From: an uncultured delta proteobacterium
GTDB lineage: Bacteria > Myxococcota_A > UBA9160 > UBA4427
DNA length: 64,000 nucleotides
Direction: 5' to 3'
Assembly: GCA_963822965.1 (NCBI GenBank)
Contig: CAWGJT010000010.1
Span: forward strand, 32,001-96,000
Under the pieces are notes generated by a model that searched no databases, was not told the DNA's origin, and was given only the letters and a program-made list of their open reading frames with translations. Of the stretch, positions 1 to 8,435 are shown piece after piece; position 1 is the first letter of the stretch; each line of letters starts with the position of its first letter. The translations under genes were made by a program, and so were the position numbers.

Positions 1-81
1 AATCTCCTCGGGATGGGGAGGCCGAGGGTAGCCCGGGGGCGGGCCCCGGGGCACGCGCCCGTCGCGCTACGCTCGCCCCCC

Positions 82-1857
82 ATGGACGAGCCCACCCGGT
101 CCGCGTACGCGTGCCACGCGGCGGAGATCGCGGAGCGTCACCTTCGCGCCGGCCGGGGCGTGGCTCGCCACTTCGCCCAGGCGTTCGCGCCGGGCGATCG
201 CATCCTCGACGTGGGCGCGGGCACCGGCCGCGACCTGGCCGTGCTGGTCTCCGAGGGCTTCGAGGCCTATGGGGTGGAGCCCGTCGCCGAGATGCGCGCC
301 CAGGCGCTGCAGGCTCATCCCCAGCTGGAAGGTCGGCTCTCGGCGGGCGCGCTGCCGGACTCGCTCGCCGCCGTGGGCCGAGAGCGGGGGGCGCCCTTCG
401 ACGGAATCGTCTGCTCGGCGGTGATGCAGCACCTGCCGCGGGCCGAGCTCTTCGACGCGGTGTTCAGCCTGCGCGGGCTGCTCGTGCCGGGCGGGCGGCT
501 GCTGGTGTCGATTCCCGTGGAGCGGCCGGGGCTCGACGCGTCGGGGCGCGACGCGTTCGGCCGGCTCTTCTCGGGCATCGGGGCGGGCGAGCTCGAGCTG
601 CTGTGCCAGCGCGTGGGCTTCCGCACGATCGGCCGCTGGCAGAGCGACGACAGCCGGCAGGCGGGGGTCCGCTGGGCGACGCTCCTGTTCGAGCTCGAGC
701 ACACGGGCCCGGGGGCGAGCCCGCGGCCGCTGGACCGCATCGAGGCGGTGCTGCAGCGCGACCGCAAGTCGTCCACCTACAAGCTGGCGCTGCTGCGCGC
801 GCTGGCCGAGATCGCGACGACCCGGGCGCGCGTCGTGCGCTGGCGGCCGGACGGGCAGGTGGGTGTGCCGGTGGGCGCCATCGCCGATCTCTGGCTCGAG
901 TACTACTGGCAGCTCTTCGAGAGCCCGCGCTTCCTGCCCCAGGCGGGGGGTGAGGCGAAGGCGGGCGTCCACAAGCTGGCGTTCGCGCAGCAGCTCGACG
1001 CGCTGCGCGCCCACTTCGCCGGCACGGGCGGGCTGCCGGGTCTGCTCTCGAGCTGGCGGCAGGGCTCGCTCGACCCGGCCGGTACGAAGCTGCTCCACGC
1101 GCTGCAGCGCAAGCTGAAGAGCACGATCCGTGACCAGCCCGTGCAGTACGCCGGCGTCAGCACGTCGGGCGCGCTCTTTGGCTTCGAGCGCGGCCACGTC
1201 CTGGTCCCCGGCGAGCTGTGGCAGGAGATCAGCCTGATGAGCCACTGGGTGCGCGACTCGCTGCTGGTGCGCTGGGCCGACCTGGTCGCGCGCTTCGCGG
1301 CGGCGGCTCCGTCTTCGGGGAGCGCGCGTTCGGGGAGTCTCGTTGCGGGGAGCGCGTCTTCGGGAAGCCCGGCTTCGAGGAGCCAGGCCGGAAGAGGGAA
1401 GGGCGGGGTGCGCGAGCATGCCCTCGGCATCCTCCTCGAGCCCGCCCTGGACGGGCGCCAGACCGCGCACGCCCGTCAGGTCTACGCGTCCCTGCCCGAG
1501 AAGCATTGCGCCTGGAGCGGCCGCCCCCTCCGCCAGACGTTCGACGTCGATCACATCATCCCCTTCAGCCTGTGGCACAGCAACGATCTCTGGAACCTCG
1601 TGCCCGCCGCGAAGGCGGTGAACAACCAGAAGCGCGACCGTCTGCCCACCCGCCGGCTGCTGCGAGACCGGCGCCCGATCATCCTCGACTGCTGGCACCA
1701 GCTCGACGCGCAGCTCCACCGCCGCTTCGAAGCCGAGCTGTGGCACCTGACGGGAGACGAAGGCGCCAGCTACGAAGCCGGCTTCGACGCGCTGGTGGAA
1801 GCCGTGGAGACGACGGCGCTCCAGCGGGGGGTAGAGAGATGGGCCGGGGCTTCTTGA
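82..1857 (+). CDS. Class I SAM-dependent methyltransferase fused to a C-terminal HNH endonuclease
   Basis: ATG at 82. SAM motif ILDVGAGTGRD and FDGIVCSAVMQHL; central KSSTYKLALLRALAEIA...WLEYYW domain; HNH motif DVDHIIPFSLWHSNDLWNLVPAAKAVNNQKRD. Confidence 0.85.
   Translation: MDEPTRSAYACHAAEIAERHLRAGRGVARHFAQAFAPGDRILDVGAGTGRDLAVLVSEGFEAYGVEPVAEMRAQALQAHPQLEGRLSAGALPDSLAAVGRERGAPFDGIVCSAVMQHLPRAELFDAVFSLRGLLVPGGRLLVSIPVERPGLDASGRDAFGRLFSGIGAGELELLCQRVGFRTIGRWQSDDSRQAGVRWATLLFELEHTGPGASPRPLDRIEAVLQRDRKSSTYKLALLRALAEIATTRARVVRWRPDGQVGVPVGAIADLWLEYYWQLFESPRFLPQAGGEAKAGVHKLAFAQQLDALRAHFAGTGGLPGLLSSWRQGSLDPAGTKLLHALQRKLKSTIRDQPVQYAGVSTSGALFGFERGHVLVPGELWQEISLMSHWVRDSLLVRWADLVARFAAAAPSSGSARSGSLVAGSASSGSPASRSQAGRGKGGVREHALGILLEPALDGRQTAHARQVYASLPEKHCAWSGRPLRQTFDVDHIIPFSLWHSNDLWNLVPAAKAVNNQKRDRLPTRRLLRDRRPIILDCWHQLDAQLHRRFEAELWHLTGDEGASYEAGFDALVEAVETTALQRGVERWAGAS
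1312..1386 (+). repeat. 5 x 15-bp degenerate tandem repeat encoding a Ser/Gly linker inside the MTase-HNH gene
   Basis: Units tcttcggggagcgcg / cgttcggggagtctc / gttgcggggagcgcg / tcttcgggaagcccg / gcttcgaggagccag. Confidence 0.7.
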
Positions 1858-1873
1858 GCGCGTGGGGGCTCGT

Positions 1874-1897
1874 GGGTGCTTGGGTGCTTCGGTGCTT
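1874..1897 (+). repeat. 3 x 8-bp intergenic repeat (gggtgctt)
   Basis: gggtgctt gggtgctt cggtgctt just after the HNH stop. Confidence 0.7.
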
Positions 1898-1951
1898 GGG
1901 GCAGAGTGAGCGGCTGCGGCTTCGACAGCGTTTGCGGCCTGGCAAGGGTCG

Positions 1952-2506
1952 GTGCCCCGTGAGCGCAGCGGCCGCCTGGGGGAAGCGAGCGGTGTGAGCG
2001 ACCTGCATCGGATGGCGAGTCCCCACCTGCAGCGCTGGTGCAGCGCATGGGGCGTGGCCGGGCTGGCCGACGACCTCCGCGTGATCACCAGCACTCGTCT
2101 GCGCACGTCGCTGGGCCTGTGCGTGCCGGCTCGTCGGGAGCTTCGCATCGCGTCGTTCCTCCTCGCCGGTCCGCCCGAGCTTCTGCTCGAGGTTGTCTGC
2201 CACGAAGCGGCCCATGCCGCGGTCTACGAGCTGCACGGAAGATGCGCGCGACCGCACGGCGTCGAGTGGCGCGCGCTGATGAAGGCCGCGGGCTACGCGC
2301 CCCGCGCGAGGCTCGCCGCCGCGGGCCGGACCGGTGCGCCGCCGATTCCCACGCCGCGCATCCTCTGGGAGCACCGCTGTCCGGTCTGCCAGGCCCACCG
2401 ACTGGCGGGCCGCCCCGTCCGCGAGTGGCGCTGCTCGGCATGCCGAGGCATCGGCTTCGCCGGCGAGCTCACCATCACCCGTCGCGAGGTGGGACCGGCC
2501 CCATAG
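1952..2506 (+). CDS. SprT-like zinc metalloprotease with C-terminal Zn ribbon (start uncertain; GTG 1994 possible)
   Basis: HExxH motif VCHEAAHA, PHGVEWRALM, and CPVC...CSAC. Confidence 0.8.
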   Translation: MPRERSGRLGEASGVSDLHRMASPHLQRWCSAWGVAGLADDLRVITSTRLRTSLGLCVPARRELRIASFLLAGPPELLLEVVCHEAAHAAVYELHGRCARPHGVEWRALMKAAGYAPRARLAAAGRTGAPPIPTPRILWEHRCPVCQAHRLAGRPVREWRCSACRGIGFAGELTITRREVGPAP

Positions 2507-2560
2507 GCTTGCCAAGATCGCGCCCGCACCCCGTCGTCGTTGCTCCGTCTGTCATCCGCG

Positions 2561-3412
2561 TCAACGCTCGAGCGCGAAGATCGGACGCGCGCCGCTCAGG
2601 CCTTTCAGCTCGTGGGTGCCCCGGAACGAGAAGAAGAGCTCCGATCCGTCGAGCAGATCGTGCGTGGTGCCCGAGACGAGTACTTCCCCCGGCCCCGCCA
2701 GCGCCGCGACGCGGGCTGCGGCGTGCATGGCGACGCCCCGGGCGTTACCTCCGGCGATCGCCACCTCGCCCGTGTGGACGCCTGCGCGCACCCGAATGCC
2801 GAGATCGGCCATCGCGGGATCGATCGCCGCAGCGGCGCTCACCGCCTTCGCGGCGCCGTCGAAGAGCGCGAGGAAGCCGTCTCCGAAGGTTCCCATCTCG
2901 CGACCGCGAAAGCGATCGATGACGGCGCGGACCCGCTCGTTGTGCAAGTGCAGGATCCGGGTCCACTCGGCGTCGCCGACGCGGGCCAGCACCTCGGTCG
3001 AGCCGACGATGTCCGAGAACACGATCGTCGCGAGCACCCGCTCGGCGAGATCCTCGGGAGATCGGGCGAAGGCGTGTCCGCTGGTGAACTCGACCGATTC
3101 CCAGGGCACGTCGCCCACGACCCAGCCGTCGTGTCCGGGCGGAATCTCGTACGCATCGCCGGGATGGATCGTCATCTCGGTGCCGTCGTCCATGCGAACG
3201 CACAGGCTGCCGGAGATCGTGTAGCCGACATGGCGGAGCTGGCAGGAGCTCGTACCGGCGATCGGGGCCACGTCCTGCGACCAGCGCCAACCGGGCTGGA
3301 ACACGAACCGGCTCACGGAGATCTCGTCGAGCGTGACGAGATCCATGAGTCCGCCCGGGAAGCGTCTCACCTCGTCGGGTACGTCGAACCCCTTGCGCTG
3401 AAGTCTCGGCAC
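2561..3412 (-). CDS. Cupin domain + class III nucleotidyl cyclase
   Basis: C-terminal part of ORF 2561..5080(-), GTG at 3412. Cupin QPGWRWS..CQLRHVG..IPPGHDGWVVGD; cyclase TIVFSDIVGST, GDGFLALF, RAGVHTGEV, HAAARV, ELKGL. Confidence 0.88.
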   Translation of the reverse strand: MPRLQRKGFDVPDEVRRFPGGLMDLVTLDEISVSRFVFQPGWRWSQDVAPIAGTSSCQLRHVGYTISGSLCVRMDDGTEMTIHPGDAYEIPPGHDGWVVGDVPWESVEFTSGHAFARSPEDLAERVLATIVFSDIVGSTEVLARVGDAEWTRILHLHNERVRAVIDRFRGREMGTFGDGFLALFDGAAKAVSAAAAIDPAMADLGIRVRAGVHTGEVAIAGGNARGVAMHAAARVAALAGPGEVLVSGTTHDLLDGSELFFSFRGTHELKGLSGARPIFALER

Positions 3413-3550
3413 GGCGCTCGCGACTGTACTTTCTCCGGCCGGCCGAACGCAATCGCGGGGCCTCGAGCTCCGCCCGATCCCGCCCGGGGTCGTCGACACG
3501 CCCCGTCCGCTCTGCCAGCATCGTCCCTGAAGCGCCCACAGGAGACGTCC

Positions 3551-5059
3551 ATGGACACGTCGGTCACCGCCGAGGAGCTCGCCTCTGCGATGGAGTCGCT
3601 CGGTATGTCGCCTTCCGACGCGGAGCAGTACGTCGGAGTCGTCCAAGCCAACCTGGCGGTGGTCGCCGGCATGGACGCCATCCCCCTCGAGGCGCCGAAG
3701 CCGGTGGAGCGGGCCTGGCGCCGACCCTCCGCCGACGAGAACCCCCTCGGCGCCTGGTACGTGAAGACCGACATCCCGGGCGCGGCGACCGGCAAGCTGG
3801 CGGGCCGCACCCTGGCGGTGAAGGACAACCTGCTGCTGGCGGGCGTGCCGCTCATGAACGGCACCCACGTGCTGGAAGGCTACACGCCCGACGTCGACGC
3901 CGAGATCATCACGCGTGTGCTCGATGCAGGCGCGCGGATCATCGGCAAGACCGTGTGTGAGGCCTACTGCTTCTCGGGGGGCAGCCACACGAGCGCGACC
4001 GGTCCGGTGCACAATCCGCACGATCCGACCCGCAGCGCCGGGGGCAGCTCTTCGGGCTCCGGGGTGGTGATCGCGGCGGGCGAGGCCGACCTGGCGATCG
4101 GCTGCGACCAGGGGGGATCGGTTCGCATGCCGTCCTCCTTCTGCGGAATCGTCGGCATGAAGCCGACCTACGGGCTGGTGCCGTACACCGGCATCCTCGG
4201 CATGAACCCGAACATCGACCACACCGGCCCCATGACGGCCAACGTGGCGGACAACGCGCTGCTGCTCGAGGTGCTGGCGGGGATCGACGGGGTCGACAGC
4301 CGGCAGTCCCGGGAGGTGGGCCTCGACTATGACGGCGTCTTCACCCGGGAGCTGGGCGGCGAGCTCTCCGGCCTGCGCGTCGGGGTCGTGCGCGAGGGCT
4401 TCGGGGGGCCCGGGTCGGAGGCCGTGGTGGACGAGAAGGTGCGCGCGGCCGCGGCGCGCCTGGGCAGGCTGGGCGCGACGGTCAGCGAGGTGTCCGTGCC
4501 CCTGCACCTGAGCGCCGGGAGCATCACGTTCGGCGCGCTGCAGGCGATCCTGACCTCCATGTTCCACCTGGACGGCTGCCTGCTCGAGCGACCGGACATC
4601 ACGCCGCCGAGCTACATCGAGCACCAGCACCGCTGGCGGGAGCAGGCGACCGAGCTGCCCGCCAACGTGAAGTCGGTGCTGATCAGCTGCGAGCTGTTGA
4701 GACGCCGGGCCGGCTATACGTCGGTCGCGCGAGCGATGCTGCGGCTGCCGGTGCTGCGCGCGGCGTACGACGCGGCGCTCGCCCAGGTGGACGTCCTCGT
4801 GATGCCGACCACGCCCATGCGCGCCACCCCGTTGCCCCCCGCGGACGCGTCGCCGGAGGTGGTGACGGCCCTCGCCTTCGGACCGCTGGCGAACACCGGC
4901 GCCTTCAACTCCACGCACCATCCGGCGCTCTCGGTTCCGTGTGGGATGAGCGAGGGCCTGCCGGTGGGCATGATGCTGGTGGGCCGACACTTCGGAGAGG
5001 GCGTGCTGTACAGGGTCGCCCACGCGTTCGAGCAGCACGAGGACTGGCGGGCGCTCTGA
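3551..5059 (+). CDS. Amidase signature family protein
   Basis: CAGGAG RBS then ATG at 3551. AVKDN (catalytic Lys), GGSSSGS, GCDQGGSVRMPSS. Confidence 0.92.
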   Translation: MDTSVTAEELASAMESLGMSPSDAEQYVGVVQANLAVVAGMDAIPLEAPKPVERAWRRPSADENPLGAWYVKTDIPGAATGKLAGRTLAVKDNLLLAGVPLMNGTHVLEGYTPDVDAEIITRVLDAGARIIGKTVCEAYCFSGGSHTSATGPVHNPHDPTRSAGGSSSGSGVVIAAGEADLAIGCDQGGSVRMPSSFCGIVGMKPTYGLVPYTGILGMNPNIDHTGPMTANVADNALLLEVLAGIDGVDSRQSREVGLDYDGVFTRELGGELSGLRVGVVREGFGGPGSEAVVDEKVRAAAARLGRLGATVSEVSVPLHLSAGSITFGALQAILTSMFHLDGCLLERPDITPPSYIEHQHRWREQATELPANVKSVLISCELLRRRAGYTSVARAMLRLPVLRAAYDAALAQVDVLVMPTTPMRATPLPPADASPEVVTALAFGPLANTGAFNSTHHPALSVPCGMSEGLPVGMMLVGRHFGEGVLYRVAHAFEQHEDWRAL

Positions 5060-5171
5060 GCGAGGCCGTCCTCCTCGCACGCCTGCGGGGTGTCAGGCCC
5101 CCACAGGTCGCTCGTGAGCTGGACGCAGCCGCCAGCAGGCGTCGGCGCTCGGCGTTAGGCGCGCTTCCCGC

Positions 5172-5201
5172 TGGACTTCGCTCGCGGCATCCTCGTAAGA
5201 T
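5172..5201 (+). promoter_or_regulatory. Possible sigma70-type promoter for the acylase
   Basis: TGGACT-18 bp-TAAGAT, upstream of AGGAGG RBS and ATG 5231. Confidence 0.35.
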
Positions 5202-5230
5202 GAGAGGACCCCCAAGCAGGAGGACTCGAG

Positions 5231-7672
5231 ATGATCCTCTCCCGGAGCCGCTTCTCACCCACCAAGACCCTCGTCTTCGCGCTCGCCCTGCTCGTCGGAG
5301 CGCTCCCGCTCGCAGCGAGTGCAAACGGAGCGCACTCCCGCAAGGCTCCCTACCTGGCGCTCGTACGCTGGACGTCCTACGGCATCCCACACGTGACGGC
5401 CATCGACTGGGGCAGCCTCGGCTACGGCTACGGCTACGCGTTCGCGCACGACAACCTCTGCACCCTCGCCCAGGACGTCGTCGAATCGACGGGCGAGCAG
5501 TCGCGCTGGTTCGGGCCGGGCGGCGGCCGGCTCGAGAGCGACTGGCTGTGGGCGCTCTTCAACTCCGATGCGGTCGCAGAGGCCAGCTGGCAGCAGCTCG
5601 ACGCGGACCTGCAGAGCCTGTTGCAAGGCTATGCGGACGGCTACAACCGCGACCTGGCCGAGGTGGGCGTCGCGAATCTCCCCGAGCCCTGCCGCGACGC
5701 CGGTTGGGTGCGGCCCATCGACGCCCTGGACATGCTCAAGGTGCTCAACAAGCTCACCTTGCGGGCCGGCGTGGCGAACTTCATCCCGTCGATCGTGGGC
5801 GCGCAGCCGCCCGCGCCGCTGGCGAGCAGCAGCGGCGCGACCAGCGCGCCGACCAGCGTACGAAAAGAGCCAACAGGCGTTACCAGCCTCGACGAGGCGC
5901 GCACGTTGCTGGCCCGAACCGAGCTCCCCGACTGGAGCTCCGACCGCTTCGGCAGCAACGCCGTCGCGCTTGGCCGCGACCTCACCAACGACGGCGGCGG
6001 AGCGCTGCTCGGCAACCCGCACTTCCCCTGGCTGGGGATCAACCGCTTCCACCTCACCCACCTCACGATTCCGGGGCGCTACGACGCCATGGGGGCCGCG
6101 ATCTACGGCTTCCCGCTGGTCAACATCGGCTTCAACCGCAACGTCGCCTGGAGCCACACCGTCTCGACGGCACGGCGCTTCGTGGTCTTCGAGCTGACCC
6201 TCGCCCCCGGCGACCCCACCTCGTACGTCTTCGACGGCGCCGTGCTGCCGATGACGACCCAGACGGTGACGGTGGACGTCCTGCAGGGCGACGGGTCGTT
6301 GGCGCCCGCCAGCCACACGTTCTACTCGACGCGCTGGGGGCCGATGCTCGTCCTGCCGCCCCTGGCCGGCTGGTCCACCACGCGGGGCTACACGATCGCG
6401 GACGTGAACGTCGGCAACATCCGCGGCCTGCGCCAGTATCGCGAGATGGGCAGCGCGCACAGCGTGGCCGAGTTCCGGCACGCCATCGAGAGCAATCTCG
6501 CGCTGCCCTGGGTCAACTCCATCGCGGCGGACCGCCAGGGCAACGCCTACTACGGCGACATCTCCACCGTGCCCCACGTGACGGATGCGAAGCTCGCGGC
6601 CTGCGCGAACACGTTCGTCGCGCAGGTGCTCTCGTCGGTCCGCGTCTACACCCTCGACGGCTCGACGTCGGCCTGCGACCTGGGCTCCGACCCCGACGCA
6701 CCCCAGCCGGGCATCTTCGGCCCGAGCCATCTGCCGAGCATCCAGCGCGGCGACTTCGCGCAGAACTCGAACGACAGCTACTGGCTCGCGAACCCCGCGC
6801 AACGGCTCGAAGGCTACCCGCAGATCATCGGCGTGGACGAAGGCAGGCCCCAGGGCCTGCGCACGCGACTCGGGCTCCGGCAGATCGAGGACCGCATGCT
6901 GGGCACCGACGGTCTGCCAGGCTCGGGCTTCGGGCGCCAGTGGCTGCAGGACGTGCTCTACCAGAACCGGAACCTGAGCGCCGAGCTGCTGCTCGACGGG
7001 GTCCGCACGCTGTGCATGGAGGAGGACAACCACGTGGATCTCGGGGGCGGCAACGTCGTGGACGTCTCCCAGGCCTGCGCGGTGCTCGCTTCCTGGGACG
7101 GCACCAACGACCCGGACCGCGTCGGGCCCCACATCTGGCTCGAGCTCTACGACCGGGCGAGCGGCACCCCGAACCTGTACGCCGTTCCCTTCGACGCGAA
7201 CGACCCGGTGAACACGCCCCGCGACCTGAACCTGGGCGACGCCGCGGTGCGCAGCGCCGTGATGGCGAGCCTGGCGGGCGCCGTGGACCGGCTCGTGGGT
7301 GCGGGCATCGCCCTGGACGCGCCCTGGGGAACGGTGCAGTTCGACACGCGAAACGGCGAGATCTTCCCGATTCCCGGCGGGCCCGGCGGCATGGGCGTCT
7401 ACAACGCCATCTATCCCGCCGGTCTCGTCCCGAACGTGGGCTACACGCCGATCGTCTCGGGCTCGAGCTACATCCAGGCGGTGCGCTGGAAGCGGGGCTG
7501 GCCCGATGTGCGAGGCATCGTCACCTACTCCCAATCGACGAACCCGGACAGCCCGCACTTCTCGGACATGACCCGGGTCTTCTCCGACCAGGAGTGGCTG
7601 ACGCTGCCGTTCCGCGAGCGGGACATCCGCCGCGAGCAGATCGACTGGAAGTTCCTGTGGGCGCGCCGCTAG
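5231..7672 (+). CDS. Secreted Ntn-hydrolase acylase (penicillin acylase / PvdQ / AHL-acylase family)
   Basis: Signal peptide; YGIPHV, GYGYGYAFAHDNLC; beta-chain start GSNAVALG; GNPHFPW; NSNDSYW; TYSQS. Confidence 0.92.
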   Translation: MILSRSRFSPTKTLVFALALLVGALPLAASANGAHSRKAPYLALVRWTSYGIPHVTAIDWGSLGYGYGYAFAHDNLCTLAQDVVESTGEQSRWFGPGGGRLESDWLWALFNSDAVAEASWQQLDADLQSLLQGYADGYNRDLAEVGVANLPEPCRDAGWVRPIDALDMLKVLNKLTLRAGVANFIPSIVGAQPPAPLASSSGATSAPTSVRKEPTGVTSLDEARTLLARTELPDWSSDRFGSNAVALGRDLTNDGGGALLGNPHFPWLGINRFHLTHLTIPGRYDAMGAAIYGFPLVNIGFNRNVAWSHTVSTARRFVVFELTLAPGDPTSYVFDGAVLPMTTQTVTVDVLQGDGSLAPASHTFYSTRWGPMLVLPPLAGWSTTRGYTIADVNVGNIRGLRQYREMGSAHSVAEFRHAIESNLALPWVNSIAADRQGNAYYGDISTVPHVTDAKLAACANTFVAQVLSSVRVYTLDGSTSACDLGSDPDAPQPGIFGPSHLPSIQRGDFAQNSNDSYWLANPAQRLEGYPQIIGVDEGRPQGLRTRLGLRQIEDRMLGTDGLPGSGFGRQWLQDVLYQNRNLSAELLLDGVRTLCMEEDNHVDLGGGNVVDVSQACAVLASWDGTNDPDRVGPHIWLELYDRASGTPNLYAVPFDANDPVNTPRDLNLGDAAVRSAVMASLAGAVDRLVGAGIALDAPWGTVQFDTRNGEIFPIPGGPGGMGVYNAIYPAGLVPNVGYTPIVSGSSYIQAVRWKRGWPDVRGIVTYSQSTNPDSPHFSDMTRVFSDQEWLTLPFRERDIRREQIDWKFLWARR

Positions 7673-7682
7673 CTGGGTGCCG

Positions 7683-8435
7683 CTAGCGGTACTCGTTGTG
7701 CCAGCGGTAGGGCCGGGGCGTTCCGTGCCAGTCCGCGACGTACTTGCGCCTGCGGTCTTCGAAGTACTTCGCGGGCTTCTTCGTCGCGCAGTAGACGTTC
7801 TGGTAGACGCGGCGGTCCGCCTCGTTGCCGGGGATCTTCGTGTAGAAGTCCTTCTTCGACTTGCGGATGAAGAGCCGATTCTGGTCGAGGAGCCCGACGC
7901 CCAGCTGCGCGCCGTAGCGATTGGCGACGGCACCGAGGGCGAAGGGGCCCGTGCACTCCGTCACGTAGCGGTCGGCGTGGCTCTTCGCGTACTCCAGCGC
8001 GTGGAGCCAGAAGGGCGAGCCCGGACGGGCGACGAGCAGCGCGGGGTTGGCCGAGATGCAGCGGCCGTCCGGCTCGAGGTCGCAGAAGAGCAGCACGTCG
8101 TGCCCGCCGTGCGCGCCCAGGAGGCCTTCGAGGCTCTGCAGGCACTCCATGTCGAGGTCCGCATAGACGCCGCCGTACGCGTACATCCACATGTAGCGGA
8201 TGGCGTCGAGCCGCTTGATGTTCTTGTCGAAGGATCGCCAGGTGTCGAGGTACCCCCCGAAGCGCTCGGCCACGAAGGCCTCGTTGTCGCGATCGTCCCA
8301 CAGCCGGTACTGCCAGCCCGGGTGGTGACGCTTCCACGATTCGGCGCACAGCCGGAACTCCTCGATGGCCGAGAGATCCCGGGTCTTCCAGGTCTGGTGG
8401 AGGATGCGGGGGAAGCCGGGGCTTGCGTCCGTCAT
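7683..8435 (-). CDS. DXD glycosyltransferase (GT32 / OCH1-like)
   Basis: ATG at 8435 overlaps the upstream stop (ATGA). PRILHQTWK, WKRHHPGWQYRLWDD, DAIRY..GGVYADLD. Confidence 0.88.
   Translation of the reverse strand: MTDASPGFPRILHQTWKTRDLSAIEEFRLCAESWKRHHPGWQYRLWDDRDNEAFVAERFGGYLDTWRSFDKNIKRLDAIRYMWMYAYGGVYADLDMECLQSLEGLLGAHGGHDVLLFCDLEPDGRCISANPALLVARPGSPFWLHALEYAKSHADRYVTECTGPFALGAVANRYGAQLGVGLLDQNRLFIRKSKKDFYTKIPGNEADRRVYQNVYCATKKPAKYFEDRRRKYVADWHGTPRPYRWHNEYR

Noticed and set aside
82..1857. Type II R-M fusion or Cas9/IscB-like nuclease
   Set aside because: No DNA-MTase catalytic motif, no RuvC motifs, no associated array.
2561..3412. Pycsar/CBASS system
   Set aside because: No co-oriented cNMP-binding, TIR or TM effector; cupin fusion is more consistent with a signalling cyclase.
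5060..5107. Rho-independent terminator after the amidase
   Set aside because: Hairpins are present but lack a U-tract; could be REP-like, and the evidence is insufficient.
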